A DNA stretch of 52,751 nucleotides from Octopus bimaculoides (Eukaryota), in the NCBI RefSeq assembly GCF_001194135.2, contig NC_068987.1:37213730-37266480 (forward strand). The letters are read 5' to 3'. Positions 10,073 to 21,649 of the stretch are shown piece after piece. The notes under the pieces were generated by a model. The model saw only the letters and a program-made list of their open reading frames with translations, ran no database searches and was not told where the DNA came from. The position numbers and the translations under genes were made by a program. Numbering within the stretch: the stretch's first letter is position 1; each line of letters starts with the position of its first letter.

Positions 10073-12614
10073 CCCTCTAGTGTTTAGATTAATTTGTCAA
10101 ATGTAATGCTTATCTGTTCACATTAATTTTGATTTATTCAGGTTCAAGTGGGGTGTCCACAATATTTGCTTGTAACTTTGTTAATTTTCTACATACAGAT
10201 TTGAAATTTTGTAAATGGGTGCTTATATGCCAGTGGTTTATAGTTACGTAATTTTAGCTGATCTTTCTCATTAAATTTGACTTTCATGGGCAGATAAATT
10301 TAATTCACAGGTGTAAAAACAATAACATTATGAATAAACACTAAAATTCATATTCTTAATACATCTTAGTTGTTTGATTTGTTACTAAAATTATCCTGAC
10401 AATTTTACATTTTTCAAGATGAGGTACATTAATTTGAATTAATTAAGATACAGGTGTAATCAGTACAAGATTTTATTCTTTTTCTATATTTCATTCAAAC
10501 ATTTTCATTGAAAATAAAATACAAAACTCTTTTACTAGCCAAATACCATTGGCTATGTACTCTTATACAATTTAATGAATTCATTTACATAATAGAATGT
10601 ATCTAATAAAAAAAGCTCATTAACAGGTGAGACAAAGGTGAATACAAGTATGTAACATACTGAAAATTAATATGTATTTCTCACTTTCACATATTTATAA
10701 TAAAATAATATAGTTATGACATATTTCTGTCATGAAACTGCCCAAAGCACCCTTTATACAAGGGCACTTCGCAAAAGGAACACATATACAAAGTTTCAAT
10801 CTGATGCCCTTTTGCAGTTTTTCTTTTTTGCAGCTAACACAGTCTGCAAACTTTTTTTCTTCCATTTATCTTTTCGACTTTATGAAAGTCAATATTTTCT
10901 CTGTTGACATCCACTTCAGTTAATTTTGCCTTTCTCCCAGTTCTGTGCTTTCTAGAAGAAAAGCCCTAATGTAACTGAGATGTGATGTCAACCCAAAATT
11001 TCAAATGGTTGTAGTCCTTTGGTGGTGGAGGTACCTTGTAGCTTTTTACATATACAATATATGAATTAACTATAGTTAAATTAACTAAAAACCACAAAAT
11101 GTACCTCCACCATTTCTTCCCTGGTCAACAAACTAGGTAATATGCCTGATATTGGTCAGATTTATCAACCTCACCCATATATTTGTTATAACAAATATTC
11201 ACTAGGTTGTTCATTAGTAGACAGGAATAAAATCTGTCTTTTGTCTTTGAAAGCAGTAGCTAATAAATTTTCCTTTTGCATTTGTAAAATGTCACCACTT
11301 TTGAAAAAATTTTGTTTTCATTACATGGGGTAAACCTTTACGGGTGCCCATAACAGTACTGCATGTGTAAGTACTTACACAGGCAAGATTTTCTGCCAAA
11401 GCCACTGAAGAAAAAAAATTGGTCAAAATAGAGGAGTCGGTGCTGATGGTGAAATGGGTCAGTAAGAGACCATACAACATCATATCCCAATCCATATGGT
11501 GTGTTTCCATTATATTTTTTATCTGTGTAAACATCGAAGTTTACACAATATCCAGTGTTTGATTCACAAACTTCCCATACCTTGGTCCCCCATTTAGTGG
11601 GTATGGCAGCCATGTACTGCCAAAAATGTACTCTGCCCTTACAGCCTATCATGGCTTCATCTACATAGAGATTTTTCCCAGGTAGATACAGTTTTATAAC
11701 CATTAAGGAGTAAATCAATTGCAGGTTGTACTTTGTACAGAGGATCATAGTTTGGGTCGTTTTTGCTGGGGGCATTAGCAGAATCAGTTAAATGTAAATA
11801 CTGAAATATTTTCGAATACTTCGTCTTTGATATTATACTTGAGATATACGGATCACCATACCTTATATCAGGACTCCAGTAGTTCCACAGTTGAGGAAGC
11901 TGTTTAACACCAAACACCAAATTGATTGTGAAAAACGCTCTCATTTCCGCAGCATAAGTTGGCTGCCATAGTGGATCATTTCTTCCGCGAATAGAAATCA
12001 TACGTTGCGCATATTTGTATGTTTCCTCTATAACATTTTCAAAAAAACTTTCTGGTAAAAATAAAAATAGGTCTAATGGTTGAGCATCAGGAGGCAAATT
12101 GTGCTTTGGACCAGTGTTTTCTGTGAAATCAGGAATAGTGATTGGTATTGTAATCTTTGACCATGATGCCATGTTTACAATATCATTTTCATCACTTTCA
12201 TTTTTATCACATTCATTCTCAAAATCTTCCTTGTCTGACGAATATTCACTAATATCAATATCAAATTTGTCTGAAGACAAAATACTCTTGTTTTCATTTA
12301 TATTTTCTATATCATCAAGAGTAAAACCTTCAAAGTCAGAATCGCTACTTGTGGACATCATTTCATTAAAAACTAAGGTACAGATTTCTCTTCAAACATT
12401 GAAGAAAACCATGTGGTCTAAACAATTTCACAGTATTTATACTTGAATAAAGGCAGGGAAGGCTTCATCGTACATTATCTCAAAGCTATGAAAATTCAAT
12501 AACGTGATTTGTTTATTTTTTTAGTGATTTTGTAGAGAAGTCAGATACAGCAGGATTTGGCTAGTTTGAACAAATAAAGGGGAATTAATTTTGGCCGGTT
12601 TGAACACTAAAGGG
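10073..12614 (-). mobile_element. Full-length degenerate piggyBac DNA transposon (about 2.54 kb) in the glutaredoxin intron
   Basis: TTAA flanks both ends (10069-10072 and 12615-12618). Termini are CCCTCTAGTGTT and AACACTAAAGGG, and the element encodes a transposase pseudogene. Confidence 0.9.
10714..12361 (-). pseudogene. piggyBac (DDE_Tnp_1_7 / PGBD4-like) transposase with frameshifts and stops
   Basis: Acidic N-terminus MMSTSSDSDFEGF. Catalytic-motif regions VDEAM...KWGTKVW, YFDQFF and YNKYMGEVDKSDQ, then KKWWRYILWFLVNLTIVNSY and a C-terminal Cys-rich domain remnant ETLYMCSFCEVPLYKGCFGQFH. These are split across several frames. Confidence 0.9.
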
Positions 12615-12618
12615 TTAA

Positions 12619-13104
12619 GTACCCCATATAACCACTCATAACCTGTTTTATTTTTTAGAATTTTCAGAAAAGTTTTGCAAATTTGTTATCTACACATGGG
12701 AATTCATATGATTATGAAAAAAACATTAAAAAACAAAAAAATTTTTAATCCCTCCCTACTCACCATAAATCCTAAAAGTTCCACACTTTTTCAAATCAGA
12801 GCTTAAAATATGGACAATTTGAATTTTTTGCTTAAATCCCCACAATAGACCAGACTTAGGTACATCATCATTCCATTGAATGTTTTATGGAGAGAAAAAT
12901 ATTGAAGAACATCAATATGTGTCACAGTAACAAAGAAACCAGAAAGGTGGTTGTGAGATATGCTAAAAATAACAGCCACATCACCCATAAATCACACAAA
13001 AAAGTATTTTTCTTGCATAATCATATGAATTCCTGTGTGTAGAACACAGATTCACAAAACTTTTCTGAAAATTCTCCCAAAATAAACAAGTTATTTGAGG
13101 TACT
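12619..13104. mobile_element. MITE-like element with about 100-bp terminal inverted repeats
   Basis: 12642-12722 (TTTAGAATTTTCAGAAAAGTTTTGC...GGAATTCATATGATTATG) is the reverse complement of about 13010-13090. The ends read TTAA|GTACC...GGTAC|TTAA. Confidence 0.7.
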
Positions 13105-14249
13105 TAAACCAGAATTCCATCCAGATTTTGTATATTACATAAAAGGCAAATGTAATCATTGTATAAACCTTTTGAAGCTTTATAGAAGTGTCCATATCGC
13201 TGTGCTGCATAAGGGAACAGGCTCAACAAGTGCACAATACTAATTTTACAGCATCGTCTTAACTCAGATGATCCCATTACCTTCACGGAGAAGAAATTCT
13301 TTTCTGAGCACATTCCTTATCAACCTTGGTATTTAAATCCAGGCAATTTGTATTATTGATTAAGGTTTTAATTAGCAAATATGTCAGTTTTTAAATGATA
13401 CAGGTACATGTTTTCTGTTATTTGGTCATTTACTTAAAACCCTACACAGTGTGTTGCCCTCTTGAGGGAGATTAGTAGAGCTTGTGTATCAAGTAAGGAA
13501 TTACCAACAAGTTGGTGTATATAAATCTAGCCTCTGCAAAGTTGACTTGCCCTACATACATAACAAAGACAAACTCTTCAAGTGGTGCCCCATTCACCCT
13601 TGTATGGATGTGTTGTTTTATAATGAACCAAAGCCAACCTTACCATTCATTAAATCACTAGTTTAATGTCAATTCACGAGACCTGTGTAAACCAGCATAC
13701 CGAGAGCTAACCTCTCAATGTCTATAGGTACTCTCCAGAACAGCACACTTGTTTTGACCAGTCCAATAATCTTGCCTACATTCATCAATAAATATCCAGT
13801 TACTTTCAACTAATTAGTGACATAATTCCATAGATATTTGTATTACACATCCAATGCAACAAATCACCTTTCCATCCTCCACAGTGAATATATAAATATA
13901 CAATAGCCATAATTCATTTTATGGAGCATCATACTTTTTACACAGATTTCATACAGAGACAGAAACCCTAGTATCAGAAATTACCCTCTCCCCACACATA
14001 TAGTGTATATGTGTTATCAGTTATGATGTTACTCCAGCCTCTCACAACACTAATTACGTCACCTACAAATGATGCAGCCTCGCTTTGGTTGTTTGGCCTG
14101 CTAGGATTGCAAGCTAAATTCATGGAGCAGGTGCCCCATGAAATTCCCAGGATTAGTGGGCAAAGATATATAGATAATTATAAGGAAACATCTTTTTATG
14201 TAGATGTGTATGGAAAAAGAAATGAATAATAAAAATCTCATGAATTTAC

Positions 14250-14489
14250 CGTTCTCTTTTGGGAAATTTCTTGCAGTACAGACATGATTTGCTCACCATC
14301 TTCTCGTCTGTTCAATTCAATAGTTTTGTAATTTACTCTAAGATTATCAAATATTGTTTTCACAGTGTTACAATGGGGGCAGTAGGTCTTGGAGAAAACC
14401 ACAACACAGTTTTCATGAATAGTTTTTTCAACAAACTTAGCAAACTCCGGGCTACTCGCAATTGGTGCTTTCGTGAAAAAATTCCCCAT
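14250..14489 (-). CDS. GLRX2: Glutaredoxin-2-like gene, first coding exon (80 codons)
   Basis: Translates MGNFFTK...HENCVVVFSKTYCPHCNTVKTIF...YKTIELN...QKRT, a thioredoxin-fold Grx with a CxxC site. It ends at a phase-0 donor ACG|GTAAAT (GT at 14249-14248). An in-frame TAA lies 9 nt before the ATG, and a polypyrimidine tract plus AG acceptor sits at 14518-14519, so the ATG is the start and the upstream exon is non-coding. Confidence 0.93.
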
Positions 14490-15128
14490 TGTTAAGAATT
14501 AAAGATGAAGTGAAACCCTTTAAAAAAAAGAGAAAAGAGAATATTGAGTGTTTTACTGAAACTCAATGACAATTTTTATTAATAATTTTTTTACAAATTA
14601 AGAATAATAAAACAATACTGAAAATAATTTGATACTGTTGTTATTACCTCGTTTTAGGGATATCTAGGACCACATTATGCAATATATCTTTTTTTGAAGA
14701 TACTAGGGTGTGATTTAAGGGAAATTTGGTGGTTATTTGTAGCAAACTGTATAACCAAGTGGAAGTTCTTTCATTGTCTCAAAATTGGTCCTGAAGTCTC
14801 ATTTGCTACAACAATAATAAAGTGAAATATGCACATACAACAATAAAAGTAACAATGACAATAGCAACAACAACACTAACAAGTCTGTCTTCAGTGCTCA
14901 GACCAGAAGTTTCAATGCATAAGCATCCAAAACACAGCAAGTGAATAATTTCTACTAAAGAAAAAAACAATATTGGTCTTGCTGATATTGCTGCTAATTC
15001 TTTCCTTCTAAAGTAAGGACAAATAGATAATGAAACTCAAAAATCAAGTGTCTAAAAAATTTTAAAAAAAGCTCTAAAGCTCAGATTAATGGTAAAGGGC
15101 AATGGTTTGGTGGCATTAAATAGATTAA

Positions 15129-15348
15129 CCTGTTAGCATTTAAACCATCCACATCTGGCCAAAATATTCTATCTGTTGTATGTTCAAACCAAATAGATCA
15201 AGCCTCTCACACCTACCCTACAATGTCAATCTTAAAATAAACAATTACATAATCAAAACCTCATAGCTATGAGATAATACACGATTAATTCAAAATAATA
15301 TGAACAAATAAACATTATATTTGACAGAATAAACTGAATGTTAAAGGG
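15129..15348 (+). mobile_element. piggyBac-derived MITE (220 bp)
   Basis: TTAA|CCTGTTAGCATTTAAACC ... GAATGTTAAAGGG|TTAA. Both ends resemble the ends of the piggyBac at 10073-12614. Confidence 0.8.
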
Positions 15349-16017
15349 TTAAGAGATAATCCTACCACTGGATAGAATTTTAAATCATTCTTAGATCTCA
15401 CCCAATTTCTTTTAGAGATGTAGAATTAACTATACTGTCCATACAGATAAAATGTTTAGCAGAATGGGGTGTGGCTCTAAATGTGGTGTTAGATCAGCAC
15501 TGAAGGGTTTATCTAACACACTATGATGAAGTATTTATTTTGTCTCTAACCTTCCATAACCAAACATCATCCATACACAGCCTAAATACCTCACACCAAA
15601 TCTGCAATAACTCCATGAACAGAGATATTGAAAATATCTTTCAATGGGATCATACCAATTTTGTCTTCTTCAACAGTACAAACACACAATGAAGCTGTTT
15701 TAAGAAAATAATATCGAACTCCATCCCTAAACATGAACAGCATGCAACTAGAACCCTTGTAATCATTATAAATGTCGGGCCCCACCATCATAGAGGAACT
15801 CTCTCACTACTGACTGGTCTTTTTCTTTAGAGATAGACAATGCTTCCTTTCCCAACAGCTATAAATCATTTACAATGTTTATCCTTTGATGTTGATAAAA
15901 TAATACACCAGGCAAGTACTAATGGTAATTTAATTGACTTACCCTCCAAATTTCTGGCACATGCCTATTGCCAGAAATGTTGTTATTGCAATTGTTATTG
16001 TTATTCTTATTATTATT

Positions 16018-16240
16018 AAGGCAGCAAGCTGGCAGAATCGTCAGCACACTGAGCAAAATGCTTAGCAGCATTTCGTCCATCTTTATGTTCTGAGTCCAAA
16101 TTCCACCAAGGTCGACGTTGCCTTTCATCCTTTCGGGGTTGATAAAATAAGTACCAGTTGAACATTGGAGCTGATGTAATTGACTTATCCCTTCCCTCGA
16201 ACTTGCTGGCCTTGTGCCAAAATTTGAAACCATAATTACT
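16018..16240 (+). mobile_element. tRNA-derived SINE, family B ((ATT)n tail)
   Basis: AAGGCAGCAAGCTGGCAGAATCG...GAGTCCAAATTCC...GCCTTTCATCCTTTCGGGGTTGATAAAATAAGTACCAG...GGCCTTGTGCCAAAATTTGAAACC. Related copies or fragments lie at about 18750-18990, 19160-19220, 21022-21150, 25860-26050, 29282-29490 and 48010-48125. Confidence 0.8.
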
Positions 16241-16397
16241 ACTATTATTAAGGAGGTGAGCTGGCAGAATTATTAGCATGCCAGTAGGATTGGATTTAAA
16301 CAATGGGAGGTCCAGGGCACTTCAAGTTCAGTGGAAAATTAGCAAATTTAAGTCTCAAAACCTATCTATTGCAAGCAATTGAATGTGATTAGTTACT

Positions 16398-16587
16398 CTT
16401 TTACTTGTTTCAGTCATTCGACTGCGGCCATACTGGAGCACCGCCTTTTAGTCGAGCAAATCAACCCCAGGACTTATTCTTTGGAAGCCTAGTACTTATT
16501 CTATCGGTCTCTTTTGCCGAACCGCTAAGTTACGGGGACATAAACACACCAGCATCGGTTGTCAAACGATGGTGGGGGGACAAACAC

Positions 16588-16622
<35 letters not shown>
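16398..16622 (-). mobile_element. SINE family A, 3' half; the remainder falls in a gap
   Basis: TTACTTGTTTCAGTCATTCGACTGCGGCCATACTGGAGCACCGCC...ACACCAGCATCGGTTGTCAA, then a microsatellite. Confidence 0.85.
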
Positions 16623-17899
16623 NNNNNNNNNNNNNNNNNNNNNNNNNNNNNNNNNNNNNNNNNNNNNNNNNNNNNNNNNNNNNNNNNNNNNNNNNNNNNN
16701 NNNNNNNNNNNNNNNNNNNNNNNNNNNNNNNNNNNNNNNNNNNNNNNNNNNNNNNNNNNNNNNNNNNNNNNNNNNNNNNNNNNNNNNNNNNNNNNNNNNN
16801 NNNNNNNNNNNNNNNNNNNNNNNNNNNNNNNNNNNNNNNNNNNNNNNNNNNNNNNNNNNNNNNNNNNNNNNNNNNNNNNNNNNNNNNNNNNNNNNNNNNN
16901 NNNNNNNNNNNNNNNNNNNNNNNNNNNNNNNNNNNNNNNNNNNNNNNNNNNNNNNNNNNNNNNNNNNNNNNNNNNNNNNNNNNNNNNNNNNNNNNNNNNN
17001 NNNNNNNNNNNNNNNNNNNNNNNNNNNNNNNNNNNNNNNNNNNNNNNNNNNNNNNNNNNNNNNNNNNNNNNNNNNNNNNNNNNNNNNNNNNNNNNNNNNN
17101 NNNNNNNNNNNNNNNNNNNNNNNNNNNNNNNNNNNNNNNNNNNNNNNNNNNNNNNNNNNNNNNNNNNNNNNNNNNNNNNNNNNNNNNNNNNNNNNNNNNN
17201 NNNNNNNNNNNNNNNNNNNNNNNNNNNNNNNNNNNNNNNNNNNNNNNNNNNNNNNNNNNNNNNNNNNNNNNNNNNNNNNNNNNNNNNNNNNNNNNNNNNN
17301 NNNNNNNNNNNNNNNNNNNNNNNNNNNNNNNNNNNNNNNNNNNNNNNNNNNNNNNNNNNNNNNNNNNNNNNNNNNNNNNNNNNNNNNNNNNNNNNNNNNN
17401 NNNNNNNNNNNNNNNNNNNNNNNNNNNNNNNNNNNNNNNNNNNNNNNNNNNNNNNNNNNNNNNNNNNNNNNNNNNNNNNNNNNNNNNNNNNNNNNNNNNN
17501 NNNNNNNNNNNNNNNNNNNNNNNNNNNNNNNNNNNNNNNNNNNNNNNNNNNNNNNNNNNNNNNNNNNNNNNNNNNNNNNNNNNNNNNNNNNNNNNNNNNN
17601 NNNNNNNNNNNNNNNNNNNNNTGGCTCTCTTCCTGAAACATATACAATTAAAGAGAAAAAATTATTGAAATTAGTCATTACTCATTTTGCCCCGACCTAT
17701 ACATTTTTTGAAAATTGAAAATGATCAAATTAGACATTACCGTGGGCAAAAAATTTATGTGCAGTCCAAGAGAAAAAAAGAATATTGATTGTTGAACACC
17801 AAAAATTTTCTAGATATTTTATTAACAACCTCAATTACAAATGAGTTAAAGTCGAAGAAAACTTTCTTGAAAAAAAAAAGCACCTGTTACTTGACTATT

Positions 17900-18118
17900 C
17901 TTTTATTCTTTTACTTGTTTCAGTCATTTGACTGTGGCCATACTGGAGCACTGCTTTTAGTTGAACAAATTGACCCAAAGACTTATTCTTTGTAAGCCTA
18001 GTACTTATCCTATCGGTCTGTTTTGCTGAACCGCTAAGTTATGGGAGCATAAACACACCAGCATCGGTTGTCAAGCAATGGTGGGGGGACGAACATAGAC
18101 ACACAAACACACATAGAC

Positions 18119-18157
<39 letters not shown>

Positions 18158-18312
18158 ATGGCTTCTTTCAGTTTCCATTTATCAAATCCACTTACAAGGG
18201 CTTTGGTCGGCCTGAGGTTATAGTAGAAGACACTTGCCCAAGGTGCCACACAGAGTGACTGAACCCAGAACCATGTGGTTGGTAAGCAAGCTACTTACCA
18301 CACAGCCACTCT
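17900..18312 (-). mobile_element. SINE family A, full length
   Basis: Same head, internal microsatellite and tail as the 2640-3030 copy. Confidence 0.85.
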
Positions 18313-19249
18313 CAACTGCAACAACTATGGTGACCAATGTTTACTTCCAAAGATGATGCAACACTTGCAATGCAATGGTTTCAAACAAGTGGTGAGAAAA
18401 TAACAAGAAATTGTTAATTACTCATTTTGTTCCAGTTATCAATTTGACCCACTCTCCTATAGTAATTTCAAGTATTTAACAAAATGATGAAAAATCCTGA
18501 GAAAAGAAAGAAAAAGATTTGATTTAATGAAAAACATGTAAACATAAATGTAAGTATTCTAAAGTTGAAAAAGTGCTTTGAGCTGTTGAGAGATGTAATT
18601 TTATAATTAAAACTAAATGCAAAATTAAAATTTTGGAACTTATTTCTTATTTGCTCTTTTGTAAAATAAAACCAGTTTTCAATGCCTCACTAAAATAACG
18701 AAGTTTACAAGAGGCAATATATGTGTGGGCCTTTAATTGCAAGTGGGCAATCCAGTTGATCACCAGGGTCGATGTAATCAATTTACCACTCCCCCTGAAA
18801 CTGTAGGCCTTGTGCCAAAATTTGAAACCATTGTTATTATTATCATTATGAAGGTGGTGAGCTGGTAGAATTGTTAGCACACCAAGCGAAATGCTTAGTG
18901 GCATTTCATCCACCTTCACGTTCTGAGTTCAAATCCTGCCAAGGTTGTCTTTGCCTTTCATCCTTTCTTAGTCAACAAAATAAGTACCTTTAAATGCATT
19001 GGAGAGAAAGATATTAAAAAACATCAATATGTCAGAATGGCAAGCAAATGAGGAGGGTTTCAGGTGGTCGTGTGATGTGCTAAAAATAACAGCTAAATAC
19101 TCCTTAAATCATGCAGAAAAATTTCTCTTTCTGTTTTTTCATGGTGGTATGATGGTACAATTGACTTAACCCCTTCCCCAAATTGCTGGCTTTGTGCCAA
19201 AATTTGAAATCATCATCATTATTATTATTATTAATATTATCATTATCGT

Positions 19250-20370
19250 CTTCTTTCAATTTTGCTTTCATCTCTTGTTGAGTGTCTTCTGAACACCTAG
19301 GGCAAAGAAACTCACTGTATACACTGGTAGGCCATTAAAATAAAGACACCAGATTGTTAATTTACAATGTCATGTGATAGAGAAAAAGGGGAAGAAAGAC
19401 AGAGGAAAAGAAAAAGAAAAAATAAGAAACCAAAGAAAATTAAAGGGAAAAAGGAAAGAAAATTCACAGCGACAATGTTCTTCTCAATACATGTGACATA
19501 CCATTTAAGACAATCTGTTGCACTTCTTTCAGGGATCATGCTCAAATAATTTTCGGTTCCTTTTTTGATCATTCTAAGCGCTCCTACAATCAGTCGCATT
19601 GTAACTATCTTGAGATGCCACATCTTTTTGATTCTGATCAGCAAATCTTTATATTTTCTGAGCTTATCAAATTTTTTTGCTTAGATATTATGATCACAAG
19701 GCATGCTCAAGTCAATCAATAAACAGACTTTATTAGTTTGGTCTTTCACAGCAATATTTGGTTTATTTGCCATGATGGTCTGGTCTGTATATACTGGAAA
19801 GTCCCAAAGAAGCATTACATTTTCTCCCTCAGTTACAGCCTAAGGATAGTGCTTGTACTGTTTGTTGGCAGTTTTGATTTTATAATGCCGATATATTATC
19901 CAGTGTAAATATTGGCCAACTCTGTCATGTCTTGATTTATACTCTACAGGTGCAAAAACCTTACAACCAGAGATTAGGTGGTCCACTGTTTTAATCTCAT
20001 CTTTGCAGTATTGGCACTTGGGTCTACTCCATTTTTCATCACATTGACTTGGTAGTTTTGGATCAATAAGTTCTGATCTTGAGTTGCTAAGACAAAGCCT
20101 TTACTCTCTGTTTTTAGCCCTAAGCTCTGTAGCCACCGATGGGTGTACTTCTGGTCTGCATCAGCTTGTTTGCTATGGGTCACATTTTTGCCATACAGAG
20201 GTTTTTGTTCCCACCTATCAGTCAATTGCTTTTTGCTTTACCACTGACTTCACCTTCTTTGCAACAACAGTTGCTACACTTCCATCATGCTGTTCAACCT
20301 AGGTATAATACATGAACTGACTAGCAAATTTTTTGCTCTTCTTCATGACAGAATAAAGCTTCTTATGTCT
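19250..20370 (-). mobile_element. 3' part of a Dong/R4-like non-LTR retrotransposon (restriction-like endonuclease)
   Basis: WEQKPLYG...ADADQKYTHRWLQSLGLKTESKGFVLATQDQNL...NYQ and KMWHLK...IVGALRMIKKG are typical C-terminal motifs of this clade. The 3' end runs into (TAA)n. Confidence 0.7.
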
Positions 20371-20374
20371 TTCT

Positions 20375-20772
20375 ATTACTCTTTTACTCTTTTACTTGTT
20401 TCAGTCATTTGACTGTGGCCATGCTGGGGCACCGCCTTTAGTTGAGAAAATCGACCCCAGGGCTTACTCTTTGTAAGCCTAGTACTTATTCTATCTGTCT
20501 CCTCTGCCGAACCGCCAAGTTACGGGGACATAAACACACCAGCATCGGTTGTCAAGCAATGTTGGGGGGAAAAAACACAGACACACAAACACATATATAT
20601 ACATATACATATATATGACAGGCTTCTTTCAGTTTCCGTCTACCAAATCCACTCACAAGGCTTTGGTCGGCCTGAGGCTATAGTAGAAGACACTTGCCCA
20701 AGGTGCCACGCAGTGGGACTGAACCCGGAACCATGTGGTTGGTAAGCAAGCTACTTACCACACATCCACTCA
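20375..20772 (-). mobile_element. SINE family A, full length
   Basis: Same architecture; it abuts the Dong/R4-like LINE fragment. Confidence 0.85.
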
Positions 20773-21429
20773 TTCACTATCATCATTTAACATCTGTTGT
20801 CCATGCTGGCATGGGTTGGATGGTTTGACCAGGGCTGGTAAGCTGAGGAACTGCACCAGATTCCAGTCTGATTTGGCATTGTTTCTATAACTGGATGCCC
20901 TTCCTAACACCAACCACTCTGAGAGTGTAATGGGTGCTTTTATGAGCCAGTTGTATGACACCAGTATCTATTATTATTATTATTGTTATTATCATCATCA
21001 TTATTATCATTATTATTATATAAGGCAGTGAGCTGGCAGAATCATTAGCATGCTGGATGAAATGCTTAATTGTATTTTGCCTGTCACTATGTTCTGAGTT
21101 CAAATTCTGCCGAGGTCGACTTGTGCCTTCAGTAGAAAGGATTATTACTATTATTATAGTGGGGACACATGACCTAGTGTTTAGGATGTTGTACTTATGA
21201 TCATAAGATCTTGGTTTCAATTCCTAAACCGAGTGGTGTGTTTTGTTCTTGAGCAAAACACTTCATCTCATAGTGTTCTGTGATCACCTCGACACCTGAT
21301 GCATGGTACACTGTACACCTGTTCAGGAAATGTTAATTTGATACAAGAAGTGTGCTACATTTGATCAATTCATTTGTGCAGGTTCTTTGACAAGAGCTAA
21401 ACACTCATACATCATCTTTGATGAGAGTC

Positions 21430-21471
<42 letters not shown>

Positions 21472-21649
21472 CATTATTATTTGTCTTTGGAAGGAGAGGA
21501 TGCTTGTTCACAGTTCATAAGTTTTGTTGTTTCAGTTTGGTATTTGCATTTTTGTTGGACTGTTTACTAAATAAGCCAGCAAGTTGGTTTGTGAACAATT
21601 CACCCTTTAAGGACAAATTTTAAAATTTATAATTGTAGATTTCATATCT

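Noticed and set aside
12361-14250. CSB-PGBD3-style fusion of the glutaredoxin exon to the same-strand intronic piggyBac transposase
   Set aside because: The exon ends in phase 0, but none of the AG dinucleotides in the roughly 60 nt before the transposase ATG gives an in-frame join (11, 26, 28 and 56 nt). An in-frame TGA lies 11 codons upstream, and the transposase is frameshifted after 234 aa.
16405-17718. Long ORFs of 350-440 aa in the track (also 29993-30931, 33701-34242, 40605-41147)
   Set aside because: They are made of N-gap X runs and microsatellite translations.
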